DNA of 64,000 nucleotides from Minutocellus sp. GHC0000111 (taxonomy: Eukaryota), in NCBI GenBank assembly GCA_977018835.1, contig OZ361257.1, positions 3,844,001-3,908,000 of the forward strand, written 5' to 3'. The position numbers were made by a program, and so were the translations under genes. Below, piece after piece: positions 21,264 through 32,858 of the stretch (within the stretch, counting starts at the first letter, position 1; every line of letters starts with the position of its first letter). Below the pieces are notes generated by a model, which saw only the letters and a list, made by a program, of their open reading frames with translations, made no database searches and was not told where the DNA came from.

Positions 21264-23863
21264 CACAGCACCATCTGCCAGCCGGATGACTCGCATACTT
21301 TTGGTCGCACTTTCGGTGGCCGGCCGGCGCGCGAAGCAACCGACCGGCGCGCCCAACGCGAGCCACCATGGCGGCAAAAATTCAAATTGCCGCCGCTATG
21401 TGCAGAACGAAGGCGATATCTCGCGCTGGTGTGGGAGAATTACGGCACGAGACCAACCAGGTACTCCCGACATCCTGGTGATATTCCCGTTGGTCTCGAT
21501 CCATAATTCTCCATGAGCAAAAAAACAACGGCCGCAATCCCGCGGTCAACACCGCAGACAGATTTGCGGTGCAGGACGCCCTGGCTGAACTGCTCGTCCG
21601 TCTTCGCAGAAAGGAACTTCATTACTACAATTTCATCGGCAACAACAACGACTCCTTGATGAATGTGTTGGGATGCAGTCCCATCATGCACGGCGCCGTC
21701 ATGCACACTGCGGGCATCTTGGGTTTGAAGAAGAAGAAACACGAAGACTGTGCGATGTGTTTTTTGTGAGGACAGACAACCAGAATGGATGGGATGAAAT
21801 GGTGTCAAGACACTGCCTTGCCGACGACGTTCAGCGAACCCCATACAAAAAGAGCATGTTTGTTCGCCTCGGTTCTATCAATCCTCGTGCAGCCGACGCT
21901 CTCCATGATGATGGATGGATGGCTTTCGACATGGTCACAGTCGAGCAACAATTTCGCCTCGAAACACCGCCGCCGCGGCTCAATTTGACGAAGGCATGTG
22001 ATGCATTCCTCAAGTCGGTCGCACCACACACATCGGTGGGATGTGCGGCGATGGACTACGAAATCAACAGGCAGATGTTGCTCGAGGCCCAGAAGTTCCC
22101 TGGTGGGTGCAATGGCCAGGACGATGGGTGGGACAATGACGACGACGTTGGGACGGTGGGCGCCCTGACCACGACGGAGGCCGGCGAGATCAGTGAGGAC
22201 GATGACGACGAAGACGAGGACTGTGTGCCCTGTTATGAGGACGAAGCTGACATTGCAAGAGAGGACGCTACACATGAAGCATGCATGCAGCAGCACTTTG
22301 AGAAGAATCGTCAGAAGCACGGTGATGGCGAGCCAGAGATGGGAGCTGTCGATGATCCCGAGGATGACGATGCCCCTCACTTCCATTTCCTGAAAAAGGC
22401 CGGCATTGAGGCGGCCGACTCAGGTAAAATAAGGGCAGTGCTGGCAGAATGCTGGAGAGCTTTATCTATTAATGTTTCTGATGGCAACAACAAGAAGAAA
22501 CCAAGGACAATGGAGTTCATCCACCATGACACCTCCACCAAAGGAGCTCTCCTAGAGCACAATCGCGAGGAAGATGGCATGACGGATGACGACATCAAAG
22601 AGCTCTGCAAAGCTTGCTCTAATTTGCTCCACACTCTTGACGCAACATGTTCCAGGTTTCTGAAATGGTGCATGAAATGGGATGATGAGGCAAAGAAGGC
22701 TGTGAGAGAGCTTGAAGCATTGATTGCAAGTGCCCTCAAGCAAGCACGGGCAATCGGCATTAGCACAACGCCCAAGTGGCACTTGCTCGAAGATCACATC
22801 TTGGACCAACACATTTGGCTAGTGAAGAATGGATGGGGCGGCATCTATTGGCTCGACGAATCGTTTGTAGAGCGAGCCCACCAAGAGGGCGTTAAGGAAG
22901 ATCGTCGGACTCAGGGCGTCAAGGGATATGAGGCCCAACAGACGGCGCAGTTCAAGGCTGAGGGGAGGGCATCCAATCCAAAGGTCGAGGAGAGGCGGGA
23001 GCGAAACTCTCGGGTGGCAAGAACAAGGAAAAGGACAAGGACCGAAGCTGTTAAAGCAGAAACTGATGACAAGCGCCAACAAATGATCATGATGGCCACC
23101 GATGGAGATGAGGATGTAGAGATGGGAGCAGGGCATGTATAAAATTAGAAAATGAAATTACACTGCTGCTACACAACACAACAAATGAATTGCACAATCC
23201 AACTTTTACAAACAGCATCGCGATTGAGCAAAAAAGTAAATAGTACACCCAAACAAACACATCACGTCCTTCTTAACTCACCCATTTATCTCCCAGACCA
23301 AAAAGTCCCTTTGTCGGGTTGATTGTTGCATAAACTTATCCCAATGCTATCTGTCTCTCCTCGGGCGCAAAATTATTGTCGGAATTCCGGGAGGTCGAGT
23401 GGGGATGCGATCGGTCGGGATCAGCGAGAGTCGGTCATACGGGGGGTGCGGCGCAATCCCGGCAGTTTATCATCAACAACAACGTGGGAAAGTACCAGAG
23501 GGTCTGGGGCATCACAACGGGAGCACGACGAGCACAAAGACGGAGCGATGGCACCACCCCAGAGAAACGAACGGCCGACAGATGGAGGAAAAGTAGGCCG
23601 ATGGTTCGTGGCGTTGATACGCAGCGGAGGCCAATCTGAGGATACAGTAAGCTTCAACTATATCCAAACATGATAATGAATGCGTATTTGGTACGAAAAT
23701 ATAGTTATACGCCGGCGCAACGCCGACGGACCACCATGGTGTTGGACGGTCAAAGAATGGGTGACGAACGAGATTGGGTTTTGGTGGGTTTCTTCGTGAC
23801 GTGTTCGTCTTCTGCCGAAAAACGCTTCATCCGACCGGCGAAACAAGACGAGATGGGGCTGTG
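21264..23863 (+). mobile_element. Transib/Chapaev/RAG1-related DNA transposon, 2600 bp, asymmetric TIRs, 4-bp TSD
   Basis: Ends CACAGCACCATCT and (reverse complement) CACAGCCCCATCT, 12/13 identical; ATCT duplicated at 21260-21263 and 23864-23867; internal ORF with TPKWHLLEDH...GGIYWLDESFVERAHQ. Confidence 0.88.
21513..23142 (+). pseudogene. Degenerate, probably internally deleted transposase of the 21264-23863 element
   Basis: Frames 21513, 21569 and 21673 join after single-base corrections in an A7 and a T6 run; Hx4H and Ex3Ex2H C-terminal motifs present; no recognisable RNase H Asp motifs. Confidence 0.72.
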
Positions 23864-23944
23864 ATCTGCCACGTTGTCTCATATTCTCAGAACTCTTTGA
23901 TCATTGGAATCTTCGTCGCATAATTACTTCCAAATAAGCACAAG

Positions 23945-26656
23945 ATGTGCTGCAAAGGAGATACCATGCGACCAACCAGAGATAGGAGGCGCAAGCGATC
24001 AGCCAGCAGTGGCGGCATCTTGAAAGCCCCGTCTGCCCTGGCGCTTGCGCTTGCCCTGTCCAGCGGCGTGCGCAGTCATTGCTCGTTGTTCGGCGTGGCT
24101 TCGGCATTCCAACCTCCCCTTCCTCCTCCTCCAGTTGCAGTCCAGTCCAGAAGCTTCTCTGCTATTCATCGCATTCCTTTGCATCAAGAATCATCTGCCA
24201 CTGTGACACATGCTGTGTCGAATTCTGGACGTGCTAATATCCGCCCCCTGGCAACCACGCATTCTCAGTTGCATTTCCAGCATGCCAATAACAATTATCA
24301 CAAGTGTACGACCGCCCTTTCGGCCACCAACAATCAGAACAATGATTCCGACAAGGACGACGATACCAATGCCAGCAGCGGACCGCTGAGCAAAATCACC
24401 GCCCCAATTCGCACGGCCATCGCCGCCCTATTCGCTCTCCTTCCCAAGCCCGTCCAGGACTTTCTCACGAGCGTCTCGGCCAAGTTGGAATCCCTCTTCC
24501 CCACCCTTAAAGTCGCCTTCACGTCCTTCTTCGTAGGGACCGTCCTCGGCATTGGCATCATCCTCTACCCCGTTTACGAAGCCATTGAAAACACCCCCGA
24601 GCCGGTCATGCTGTTCGAAACCATCCTGTCGGATCTCGATAGAGGCTACGTCGACAAGGTCGATACCAGCAAATTGTTCGAGACGGGGATGAGCGCCATG
24701 CTCAAGAGTTTGGATCCCTACACGGAATTCGAGGGCAGGCAGGATACCGCCGAACTAAACGAACAGGTCAGCGGCCAATACGGCGGTGTTGGCTTGGTTA
24801 TCAGCGGACCTGCCGCCAAGGAGGGAAGGGCGGGATATTTGTCGCCATCAGAGGATGATGAGAAGGATGGACAACCACAACAGCAACAGTCGGGCAGCAA
24901 GCTCCTACCCCAGGATGCCATCGATGACAACCTCCGTCTCAACGACGGCAGTTCTTCTTCGTCTCCTGGCAACAATGTCGATTTCGACGCATCTCAGGAG
25001 CCCATTGTTTACGAACAGTACATGCTGGACTCCCCTGACGATGACGAGGAAACGTTGGCCGAGAAGGCCGAACTGCGGAGAGCCGAGAAGCGAGCCCGTA
25101 TCAACGGCGTCCGGGTCGTCAACGCCTTTGAGGGGTACGCCTACGACTACGGTATGCGAGTTGGGGACAAAATCATGGCCGTGGATGGTGTGCGATTGAC
25201 GGACATCAGCACCTCCGACGATGTCCGGAACATGCTCCGTGGAGCCCCGGGAACGTTTGTGGATGTGTCGTTTTTGCGAGATGGCGTCGAAGGGGAGACC
25301 ACGGTTAGCATTCCCCGTATGGTCGTGCGGATCAACGACGTCAAGTTGGCCACGTTGTTGGGCAAGCCCGAGGATGGCATCGGATACATTCAGTTGAGTG
25401 GCTTCAATGCCAACGCCGGTAGGGAGGTCCGCAATGCCATTCTGGGATTGCAGCGCTTGACCGAGGATGCCACTGGAGGCGGCAAGAGCTTGCAGGGATT
25501 GGTGTTGGATCTGCGCAACAATCCCGGCGGGTTGCTGAATTCGGCAGTCGATGTGGCCAGTCTTCTCGTCCCTCCAGGATCCGACATTGTCAGTGCCAAA
25601 GGACGCGGCTTCCCAGGCGTGTTGTATCGTAGTTTGGAAGAACCCGTTCTCGGACCTCAAACGAAGCTGACCGTACTGATCAATGGTCAGACGGCGTCGG
25701 CTGCAGAAATTGTGTCTGGTGCGGTGCAGGATTTGGATGTCGGTGTCATTGTCGGTGCCGATCGTACCTTTGGCAAGGGGTTGGTCCAAAGCGTGGATAC
25801 CCTGCCCTTTGGTTGTGCTCTCAAGTATACCGTGGCAAAATATTATACGCCATCTGGTCGGTGCATCCAGAGCACCAATTATGCCGAGGGCGAAGGGCCC
25901 AATTCTGGAAACGGTGGGAAATATCGAGCCAGCAAGGTTGCCGACAAGGATAAGAAGACTTACCTTACCAAGAATGGCCGAGAGGTCAAGGATGGCGGCG
26001 GCGTGACTGTGGATTTCAAGGTTGAAGCTCAAAAATCTTCCCCCCTCGAGTATACTCTGCTTCGTTCAGGCATGTTCTCCGACTTTGCCAGTAAGTGGTC
26101 AAAAGAGAATCAGCTGACTAACGATTTGGATATTGTCACCGACAGCACCTACCAAAAATTCAAGCAGTTCGTAATGGAACGGCAAAAGGAGGGCGATATC
26201 CAGCTCGATGCGGTTTACTCTCGTCCCATTGATGATCTGAAAAAGTCTCTGCAACTGAGTGGATACAAGGGCACTACGAAAGAGCTCGAGCAACTGAGAG
26301 CTTCTCTACTAAAGGATATTGAGCGAGACTTTGACAAATACAAGAAGGAGATCAAGGAGGATATCGGACAGAATATTTTGGCCAGGTACCTGCCCGAGTC
26401 AATGCTTCTCGAGATTGGCGTCAAGCGCGACGCTCAGGTCCAAGCTGCCGTAGAGCTGATGCGCGATGAGAAGACATTCAATACTTTGCTCGGCCGCGTC
26501 GGTGATTCGACTTCTAATGCCGTTGGCGGTAAAACCGCCATCAGAGATGGTCTCGGCACGGCGATCGCCTCAAGCGACAGTTTCATCGAGGGCGATACGC
26601 ACTTCCAAATTGTTTTCCTGGGCGACAGGGATGTTCCTTCTCGAGCAAAGAATTAG
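23945..26656 (+). CDS. Plastid-targeted C-terminal processing peptidase (S41A, CtpA-like) with PDZ domain
   Basis: ASAFQP presequence; LDPYT, LDLRNNPGGLL, TASAAEIVSGAVQD, TFGKGLVQ and KYYTPSGRCIQ motifs. Confidence 0.93.
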   Translation: MCCKGDTMRPTRDRRRKRSASSGGILKAPSALALALALSSGVRSHCSLFGVASAFQPPLPPPPVAVQSRSFSAIHRIPLHQESSATVTHAVSNSGRANIRPLATTHSQLHFQHANNNYHKCTTALSATNNQNNDSDKDDDTNASSGPLSKITAPIRTAIAALFALLPKPVQDFLTSVSAKLESLFPTLKVAFTSFFVGTVLGIGIILYPVYEAIENTPEPVMLFETILSDLDRGYVDKVDTSKLFETGMSAMLKSLDPYTEFEGRQDTAELNEQVSGQYGGVGLVISGPAAKEGRAGYLSPSEDDEKDGQPQQQQSGSKLLPQDAIDDNLRLNDGSSSSSPGNNVDFDASQEPIVYEQYMLDSPDDDEETLAEKAELRRAEKRARINGVRVVNAFEGYAYDYGMRVGDKIMAVDGVRLTDISTSDDVRNMLRGAPGTFVDVSFLRDGVEGETTVSIPRMVVRINDVKLATLLGKPEDGIGYIQLSGFNANAGREVRNAILGLQRLTEDATGGGKSLQGLVLDLRNNPGGLLNSAVDVASLLVPPGSDIVSAKGRGFPGVLYRSLEEPVLGPQTKLTVLINGQTASAAEIVSGAVQDLDVGVIVGADRTFGKGLVQSVDTLPFGCALKYTVAKYYTPSGRCIQSTNYAEGEGPNSGNGGKYRASKVADKDKKTYLTKNGREVKDGGGVTVDFKVEAQKSSPLEYTLLRSGMFSDFASKWSKENQLTNDLDIVTDSTYQKFKQFVMERQKEGDIQLDAVYSRPIDDLKKSLQLSGYKGTTKELEQLRASLLKDIERDFDKYKKEIKEDIGQNILARYLPESMLLEIGVKRDAQVQAAVELMRDEKTFNTLLGRVGDSTSNAVGGKTAIRDGLGTAIASSDSFIEGDTHFQIVFLGDRDVPSRAKN

Positions 26657-26780
26657 ATGGCCGGCAAATGACAATTCATTTGGACTGAAATATGCACATA
26701 CGCAAATCTACATTGAATCCTGCATTGTTTTGTATTAATACTTTAGTTGATAACCACTTCCGTTTATTTTATTTCATTTG

Positions 26781-27998
26781 TTACTTACGGTTGTTTTTAG
26801 CTCTATCTTGCTCATCATCCTTGGACGGATCTCCCTTGGCCGCCAAAAACTTGGCCTCGACTTCCTCTGGGCTCAGCCGATAGACCTTGCTGCAGAAGTG
26901 GCATCGTGCCTCGATCTGTTCCTCCTTTTCGAGGATTTCATCCACCTCCGATCGAGGGAGTAAACGCAAGGCCCGAAAAAGTCTTTCTTCGGTGCATTGG
27001 CATTTGGCCACAGGTTCGATGGACTGGAGGGGCTCCATGTCGAGTCCATCCAGAATAATTTCGCAAATTTCATAAGGCGAGGTACCATGCAGCAGCAGGT
27101 TGGTGGGCAACGTATCACCACCATCCTTCTCAACCAACGTGGCCAAATTTTCCTCAACCTTGGCCATGGTCTCTTCGTCACAGTCGGGCAACTTTTCTAC
27201 CAGATATCCACCGGCAGCCTTGCACAGAATGCCCTCCACGGACGTACCGGCCGCCAAAGCGCAGGATCGCTGCTCACTCTCGGCCAGGTAGGCGCCGACG
27301 TCGCGATCAATGTCGGAATGACGAATGGCCGCAATTCCATTATACGGCGTGGGCCACGAGGGATGATTCTTGACGACCTTGATGACACCCTTGCCCACGG
27401 CCTCCTGCAGGGGCATTTCACCAATGCCAGGATTGCCAACATATCCACGGACCTCACCTCTACCGGAACTGATGGCCACAATGCCCCGAAGAGGACCATC
27501 GCCATCGACCGTCAGCTGAAACACCTGCTCGTCTTGCATACCGTTGGAAACGAGGACGCTGCACGCCACAGCACGGCCAAGTGCATCGATGGGAACGGGC
27601 GTGAGGTTGTGCATGATCATCATGTCGTTGACCATATTCCAGACGGTGCAAGCCTTCACTTTGATCCCACCGTCGCCGGAAATGCAGGAAACAACCTGAT
27701 CATTAATGTTGTTCTTGTTCTCAAAGGTCGACGAGGAGGTCGTGGTCGTGGCCGAGGAGGCCGCCGATTCAGCGTCCGAATCTTCCGAGGTCATTTGCAA
27801 TTTGCCGCTTCTGTGAGTCTCTGGCCGGAGAAGAAAAGTTGCTCGGCCCATGAGAGAAGACGTGCTGGCAGCAGTATTGCCGGACGACCATCGCATTTGA
27901 TACCGCGGACCGGCACGTGTCGCTTGTGTCGTAAAGGCGAGGGCACATCGAAAGAGAACCATGTTGGCAAGCAGTATGGCTGATGAGGAAAGCTTCAT
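26781..27998 (-). CDS. Hsp33 redox-regulated chaperone, organelle-targeted
   Basis: GDGPLRGI, YLAESEQ, AAGGYLVEKLP and C-terminal CQC...CHFC zinc motif; N-terminal signal ending ALA-F. Confidence 0.93.
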   Translation of the reverse strand: MKLSSSAILLANMVLFRCALAFTTQATRAGPRYQMRWSSGNTAASTSSLMGRATFLLRPETHRSGKLQMTSEDSDAESAASSATTTTSSSTFENKNNINDQVVSCISGDGGIKVKACTVWNMVNDMMIMHNLTPVPIDALGRAVACSVLVSNGMQDEQVFQLTVDGDGPLRGIVAISSGRGEVRGYVGNPGIGEMPLQEAVGKGVIKVVKNHPSWPTPYNGIAAIRHSDIDRDVGAYLAESEQRSCALAAGTSVEGILCKAAGGYLVEKLPDCDEETMAKVEENLATLVEKDGGDTLPTNLLLHGTSPYEICEIILDGLDMEPLQSIEPVAKCQCTEERLFRALRLLPRSEVDEILEKEEQIEARCHFCSKVYRLSPEEVEAKFLAAKGDPSKDDEQDRAKNNRK

Positions 27999-28328
27999 TG
28001 CTTTGAATGCCTATGAAAGAATGCTGGCCGAGGATAGGTTAGGGATGGCGCGCAGGCAGGGAGGAGAAATGAACAGGAGCCTCAGCCGCCGCAACATGAG
28101 CAACTTCCTGCGTCATCGCGTCAGTGGTGGTCGGCAGTTCGGCGAACTTTTCCTCGGCGAGGTTTTTTCAACTTCTGTCCGCCATCAGCCTGGTATGTTC
28201 GCTCAGGCCGCCAGATCAGAGAAATGGGCGGGATGATACCATGGATACCAGGGCAGAGCAAGATGAGTTTCAACCCAAACATGAACAGCTCTCTGTCTAA
28301 TCGTGGTAGAGGTCAGGCATCTTGTCGC

Positions 28329-29495
28329 ATGTGTTCGTTTGTGCTGCATCTGCTCGTGCTGGCACTCCACGAATGTTCCGGTTTTGCACCACCTCAAGAA
28401 TGTGCCCATCATTTTCGGCATTCGTCATTCTCATCAACGCAAACGACGAGAAAAGATATATTGTCGAATGCCAAAGCATTCCATATCAACAAGGATTCAT
28501 TTGCCCGGTTTCATGCGGCGACTGAGTCAGCCACTGCGGAAACCTTATCCTCTGCGCAGAAATCGCTCGCTGCCGATCAGGGGACATCGGGGAAGATGTT
28601 GTCAAAACGAGAGCAGAACTGGTGGAAGCTATTTGGCGAGCTTGACGAATACAAACGAGATCATGGAGACTGCAACGTGTCGTTTACATACTACCCGAAC
28701 CCCAAGCTAGGCAGGTGGGTATCAAATCAGCGACAGGCATACAAAAGGAAAGATCTCAGCGACGAGCGAATCGAGGCCCTGGAGAGCATAGGATTTGAAT
28801 GGACGAGACCTGCCGGGACACGAAATGATGACAAGTGGTTGAACAGATTAGCAGAGCTAAACGAATACAAGCAAGAATATGGCAACACCCTGGTCCCGTC
28901 GACATTGATTAGGGACGACGCAATGTGGGTTGTTGAACAACGCACATAATATCGTTTGCTCAAAGAAGGGAAGCATTCACGTCTTTCAGATGATCGAATC
29001 AGCAAGCTCAACGAGATCGGCTTTATTTGGAGTGCCCAAGAAGCTATATGGGAAGAAAGTTTCGCCGACCTGGTTGAGTTCAAAGCAACTCATGGCCACA
29101 CAGACGTTCCAAAGTTCTGGCATAATAGCAATCTTTACAACTTTGTTCGTAACCAAAGGGAGTTTTACAGACAATTTAAGGCAGGAAAAATAACCCATAT
29201 TACCGAAGAAAGGATACGAAGACTCGAGGACCTTGGATTTGAATCAAGATCGAGGAAGCAATATCAATGGAAAATGAATTTTGGCGAACTGTGTGATTTT
29301 TACAACAAGAATGGCGTCGTTCCCATCCCACAAGCGAAACACATGGTACTGTACAGATGGACATATAACCAAAAGAAGGAGTATGATAAGTTTGTCAAAG
29401 GGGAGAAAACGAATATGGACGAAGAGAGAATAAGAGACCTCGAGAGCATCGGCTTTTTCGAAGTTTATGGAAAAGATCAAATAAAGAAATCGTAA
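28329..29495 (+). CDS. Helicase-associated (HA) domain repeat protein, plastid presequence, one in-frame TAA at 28947
   Basis: Four HA repeats (W...L..YK..HGDCNV...LGRWVSNQR...ERIEALESIGFEW); ORFs 28224..28949 and 28956..29495 share a frame; CSG-FAP presequence. Confidence 0.85.
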
Positions 29496-29559
29496 TTCGG
29501 TTGTTTTCAGTTGGCTCTATGTTCTATTCAGTTATGTGAACGTGCCAGCTCGGTACAAA

Positions 29560-30966
29560 TCAAAAGTGGTTTCCTTTTCGCCTACTTCCTTCCGCAGCCA
29601 TGGTCTGCTCAATCTTGGTAAGAAGAGCACGGGCCATGAACTGCTGCTTTGCCAACCTCCTAACGGTCTTCAAATGGACATCGAGGGGTATGGTTCCCTT
29701 GACAAGAGCCCGATCCAAAAAGTACAGCACATCCGATATGGCATGGTTCTTGGCATCCAACTCCAGCATCTGTCTCGATCGGACGGACGAGGGTTGGCAT
29801 AAATCATCCACCGGTATTTCCACTTTGCTTTCCATCGATTTCAAAAACGATTGAATGTCGGCCGTCGCTGCGTCCATGGCAATGTGCGATCTTTCGAGGG
29901 CATCCTTCCTCCTTCGCAGGTCCAAAATTTCCTCCCGCACGTCGTCCGATCCACGTTCCAGCTTGGTTTGCTTTCTTAAATCGTCCGATATCACCTCCCG
30001 CGCTCCGCTATAGAACTGACTGAGCCGTCCCTGCAGCTTGGACGTGAGCTTGCTCCGCAATTCGTGCATCTGCTCCTCCTCGACCCGTGCCTGCCGTTCC
30101 ACCTCGGCCGCCTCGCTGAGCCGCCGTGCCTCCTTGAGCCGCTCCTCCTCCTCTTCCTTCCGCTTGGCCTCGGCCAGCTCGGCCTCGATGCGGCTGCATT
30201 CTAATGCCCGGCGGATGTCGGGATCGTCATTGCTGTTCTCTCTCTGGCCGTATCCGTTGCTAGCATTGGAGTTGGCGTTGGCGTTGCCTGTGGTCGGTGG
30301 GGTGTTGCCCGCCGATATGGAGTCATAACTGGGCGGTGTGGCTGCTCCGCCACCACCACTGCCACCATTCTGCTGATTGACATGTGGATTGAACACCCCC
30401 TGCATAAAGGTGTTGGCCATGTTGGTCGCCGCGGCCGCCAACTGATCCCGACGCCTCCCACCACAGCTATTACCGCCACTGCCATTGCTATTGCTGCTGC
30501 TCCCGTCGGGCGGTTTGGCATAGCACGGCGGCTCGGCACCGAACAGACTGCTCAGACACACGGCCATCTCCACCAACGAATGCGTCGGCGCCCTCCACTC
30601 CGACAGGTAGGGCATGTACACGTTGCCGTCGGACCCGACGTGCTGGTGGTTGGGCTTGATCATCATCCCGGGCGTCGGCCGTACAAAGATGACGGGCGGC
30701 CGGTGCGGATACTGCGGCGGCAGGTACGTGTCGACGGGGATGTTGTACGTGGCGCCCTTGTAGGACATGGCGATCGTGCCGCTGAAGACCAGGACGGGCG
30801 GGGTGGAATCGCCATTGGTGTAAACCAGGGGGGACGTCGTGGGGCGCAGATGCGCCCCGAGCGAGGAGCGGAGGAGCCGGACCCCGTCGCGGCTCACCCG
30901 CGGTGGATCGTTGTATACCGCGTCGAGACGGGCCAGGGCCGCTGTTATGGAACTTTCGGCGTCCAT
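29560..30966 (-). CDS. TSG101: ESCRT-I subunit TSG101/Vps23
   Basis: UEV domain (GTIAMSYKGATYNIPV...YPHRPP...YMPYLSEW), coiled coil, steadiness box (LDVHLKTVRRLAKQQFMARA). Confidence 0.95.
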   Translation of the reverse strand: MDAESSITAALARLDAVYNDPPRVSRDGVRLLRSSLGAHLRPTTSPLVYTNGDSTPPVLVFSGTIAMSYKGATYNIPVDTYLPPQYPHRPPVIFVRPTPGMMIKPNHQHVGSDGNVYMPYLSEWRAPTHSLVEMAVCLSSLFGAEPPCYAKPPDGSSSNSNGSGGNSCGGRRRDQLAAAATNMANTFMQGVFNPHVNQQNGGSGGGGAATPPSYDSISAGNTPPTTGNANANSNASNGYGQRENSNDDPDIRRALECSRIEAELAEAKRKEEEEERLKEARRLSEAAEVERQARVEEEQMHELRSKLTSKLQGRLSQFYSGAREVISDDLRKQTKLERGSDDVREEILDLRRRKDALERSHIAMDAATADIQSFLKSMESKVEIPVDDLCQPSSVRSRQMLELDAKNHAISDVLYFLDRALVKGTIPLDVHLKTVRRLAKQQFMARALLTKIEQTMAAEGSRRKGNHF

Positions 30967-31538
30967 GCTTTGCTGTTTTGTTTGATAATGTGCGTCTTTT
31001 CGTTTCGGTTCAGTCTGCTTCGTAGCTTTGATTTGGCTCTCGGACTTTCAACGCAGCCAGTGCCGGAAGATGATTGATTCTCGAAACTGGCACGTCTTTT
31101 CAGAGTAACCGGCACAAGATGTGTCAAAAGCACTCCAACGCTTGGAATCCTGGCAAAGATTCACCCAAACACAACCAACCAAAGCCTCTGGGTGTGTATT
31201 TGCAGTGTCTTGACGTCGCCAACTTCAGCAGCAGTGACTTCGGCGCGGAATTCCTTTGTATTGATTGTTCAGTCCTGTTTCTTCTCTCTCCGACCTTGAA
31301 GGACGGAAAAAAGCCAAGCTGAAAGCCGAGCGGGGACTTCCCAGCGAATTCGATAACCAAGTCAAAAGAGCCCCGATGCGAGGGACAATGCAAGTGGATG
31401 CGATACTGGCTCCAGCAATCGAAGCAGCAGCGGTTCCTCGGTCAATTGCAGCACATGTTATGCCATCTTGTTTATCTTGGATGATTCTTCTTGTCGGGTT
31501 GGTACCCCGTTTTGAGGTCATTATTCAAAACACGTTAA

Positions 31539-32858
31539 GAGGGCGCTGTCCATAACTTTTAGGAAGCCCCCAAAAAGCGTGTTTTGTGCCGTTTTTTCTT
31601 CGCACCATCGCCAAAGTTAGCACTCCAACGTGACAATGGGCTCCTCATCGAAGGCCGCCGCTCTCCACAGTGGCGAAGAGTCATCGACGTTCCTTTCAGC
31701 ATTAAGTCGGAAATCCCTCCAGGAACACTTGGTTCAGAGGAACTTCGATGAATCAACTCTCCCTCAGAAACACAACAGTCGACGCACACATCATCGTCGG
31801 ATCGACCGAAACTAGTCTCGGCCGACGCATAACCAGCAGTGGTGGTGCTGGTGGGAAGATATCTTGAAGTTTTGCTGTTAAGAGGTAAGGGGATATTTGT
31901 TTGGGGTATTTTTGCACGTCTCCCTCATTTGGGGTTCTTTTTGTAAGGTTCTCATCGAAAAGCGCATCTTGCGCCAGAACCGACACAAAGCAAAAAAACA
32001 ACCATGGAAACATCACGTTCTAACGCCAAGGAGGCAATCCTCTCACTCTTGCTCTCATTCCCAGACGACGTCAGATGTACTTACTACACTATTGATGAGC
32101 TTGTCCGCATCTTGATGCGCGGTGGCGTGTCGCCGAGCTTAGAGATCTCTCTTGTTCGATCATCTCTTCAACACGTCCCAACACGACACGAGGTCAACAT
32201 CCAACGACGACGTCCAGAGAAAATATCAGGCCTTGACGTTGCAAAGCCCTTCTACCGCTTCTCCAGAACAGCCGATAACGCCAGCCCACGCTCTCAACGC
32301 AATGGCAAGCGATCACTGCCGACCACACCTGAAAATTACTTCCAGGACGATGAAAAGCATGGGCCCCATCTCAACGCGATGCTGAAATGTTATTCCGACA
32401 AGAACTCTTCGGGCGGTCGGTCATCTACTCCCACCGCCAACGCTACCGATCGTCCCAACATCACCGGCGTGCAGCTCAACGGCAAAAGAATTGTGGTTGA
32501 GATGAAGCAGCTGTGTGATTTCGTGCAGAATCTCCACCGATCGTGCGGCAATCTGTGTCTCTCGGCCGAGCCAGTTCGGCGTGGATTCGGCGTCACATTT
32601 GAATGGCGATGCGACAGATGCAACCAACCTTTTTCTTTTTGCACTTGGATCGGCCAGAGGTCAGAAGTTGTGTGCCCCGGCAGAAAGCATTCTAGAAGTC
32701 AGGCTGGAATGAACTTGGAGCTGATGGAGGCAGCGGAAGATGAGGCCATGTGCGCAAGTTGCTTCATGAATTTCTGCACGAAGGCCGACATCGTCCATCC
32801 GACCGAAAAGAATGCCCGACAGGTGGAAAAGAAATGCAGAGCAGCGGCTGTTGACTGC
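31539..32858 (+). mobile_element. 5' fragment of a DNA transposon encoding a Mutator-like/Kolobok-type transposase N-terminus
   Basis: ORF from 32004 has RIVVEM..L...H..C...G...CDRC...N...FC...P, a zinc-binding pattern I associate with these transposases; candidate left end TTAA/GAGGG at 31535-31543; no matching right end found. Confidence 0.55.

Noticed and set aside
23143..23863. RAG2-like partner gene inside the CAC transposon
   Set aside because: Only short ORFs without kelch or PHD features; too little space.
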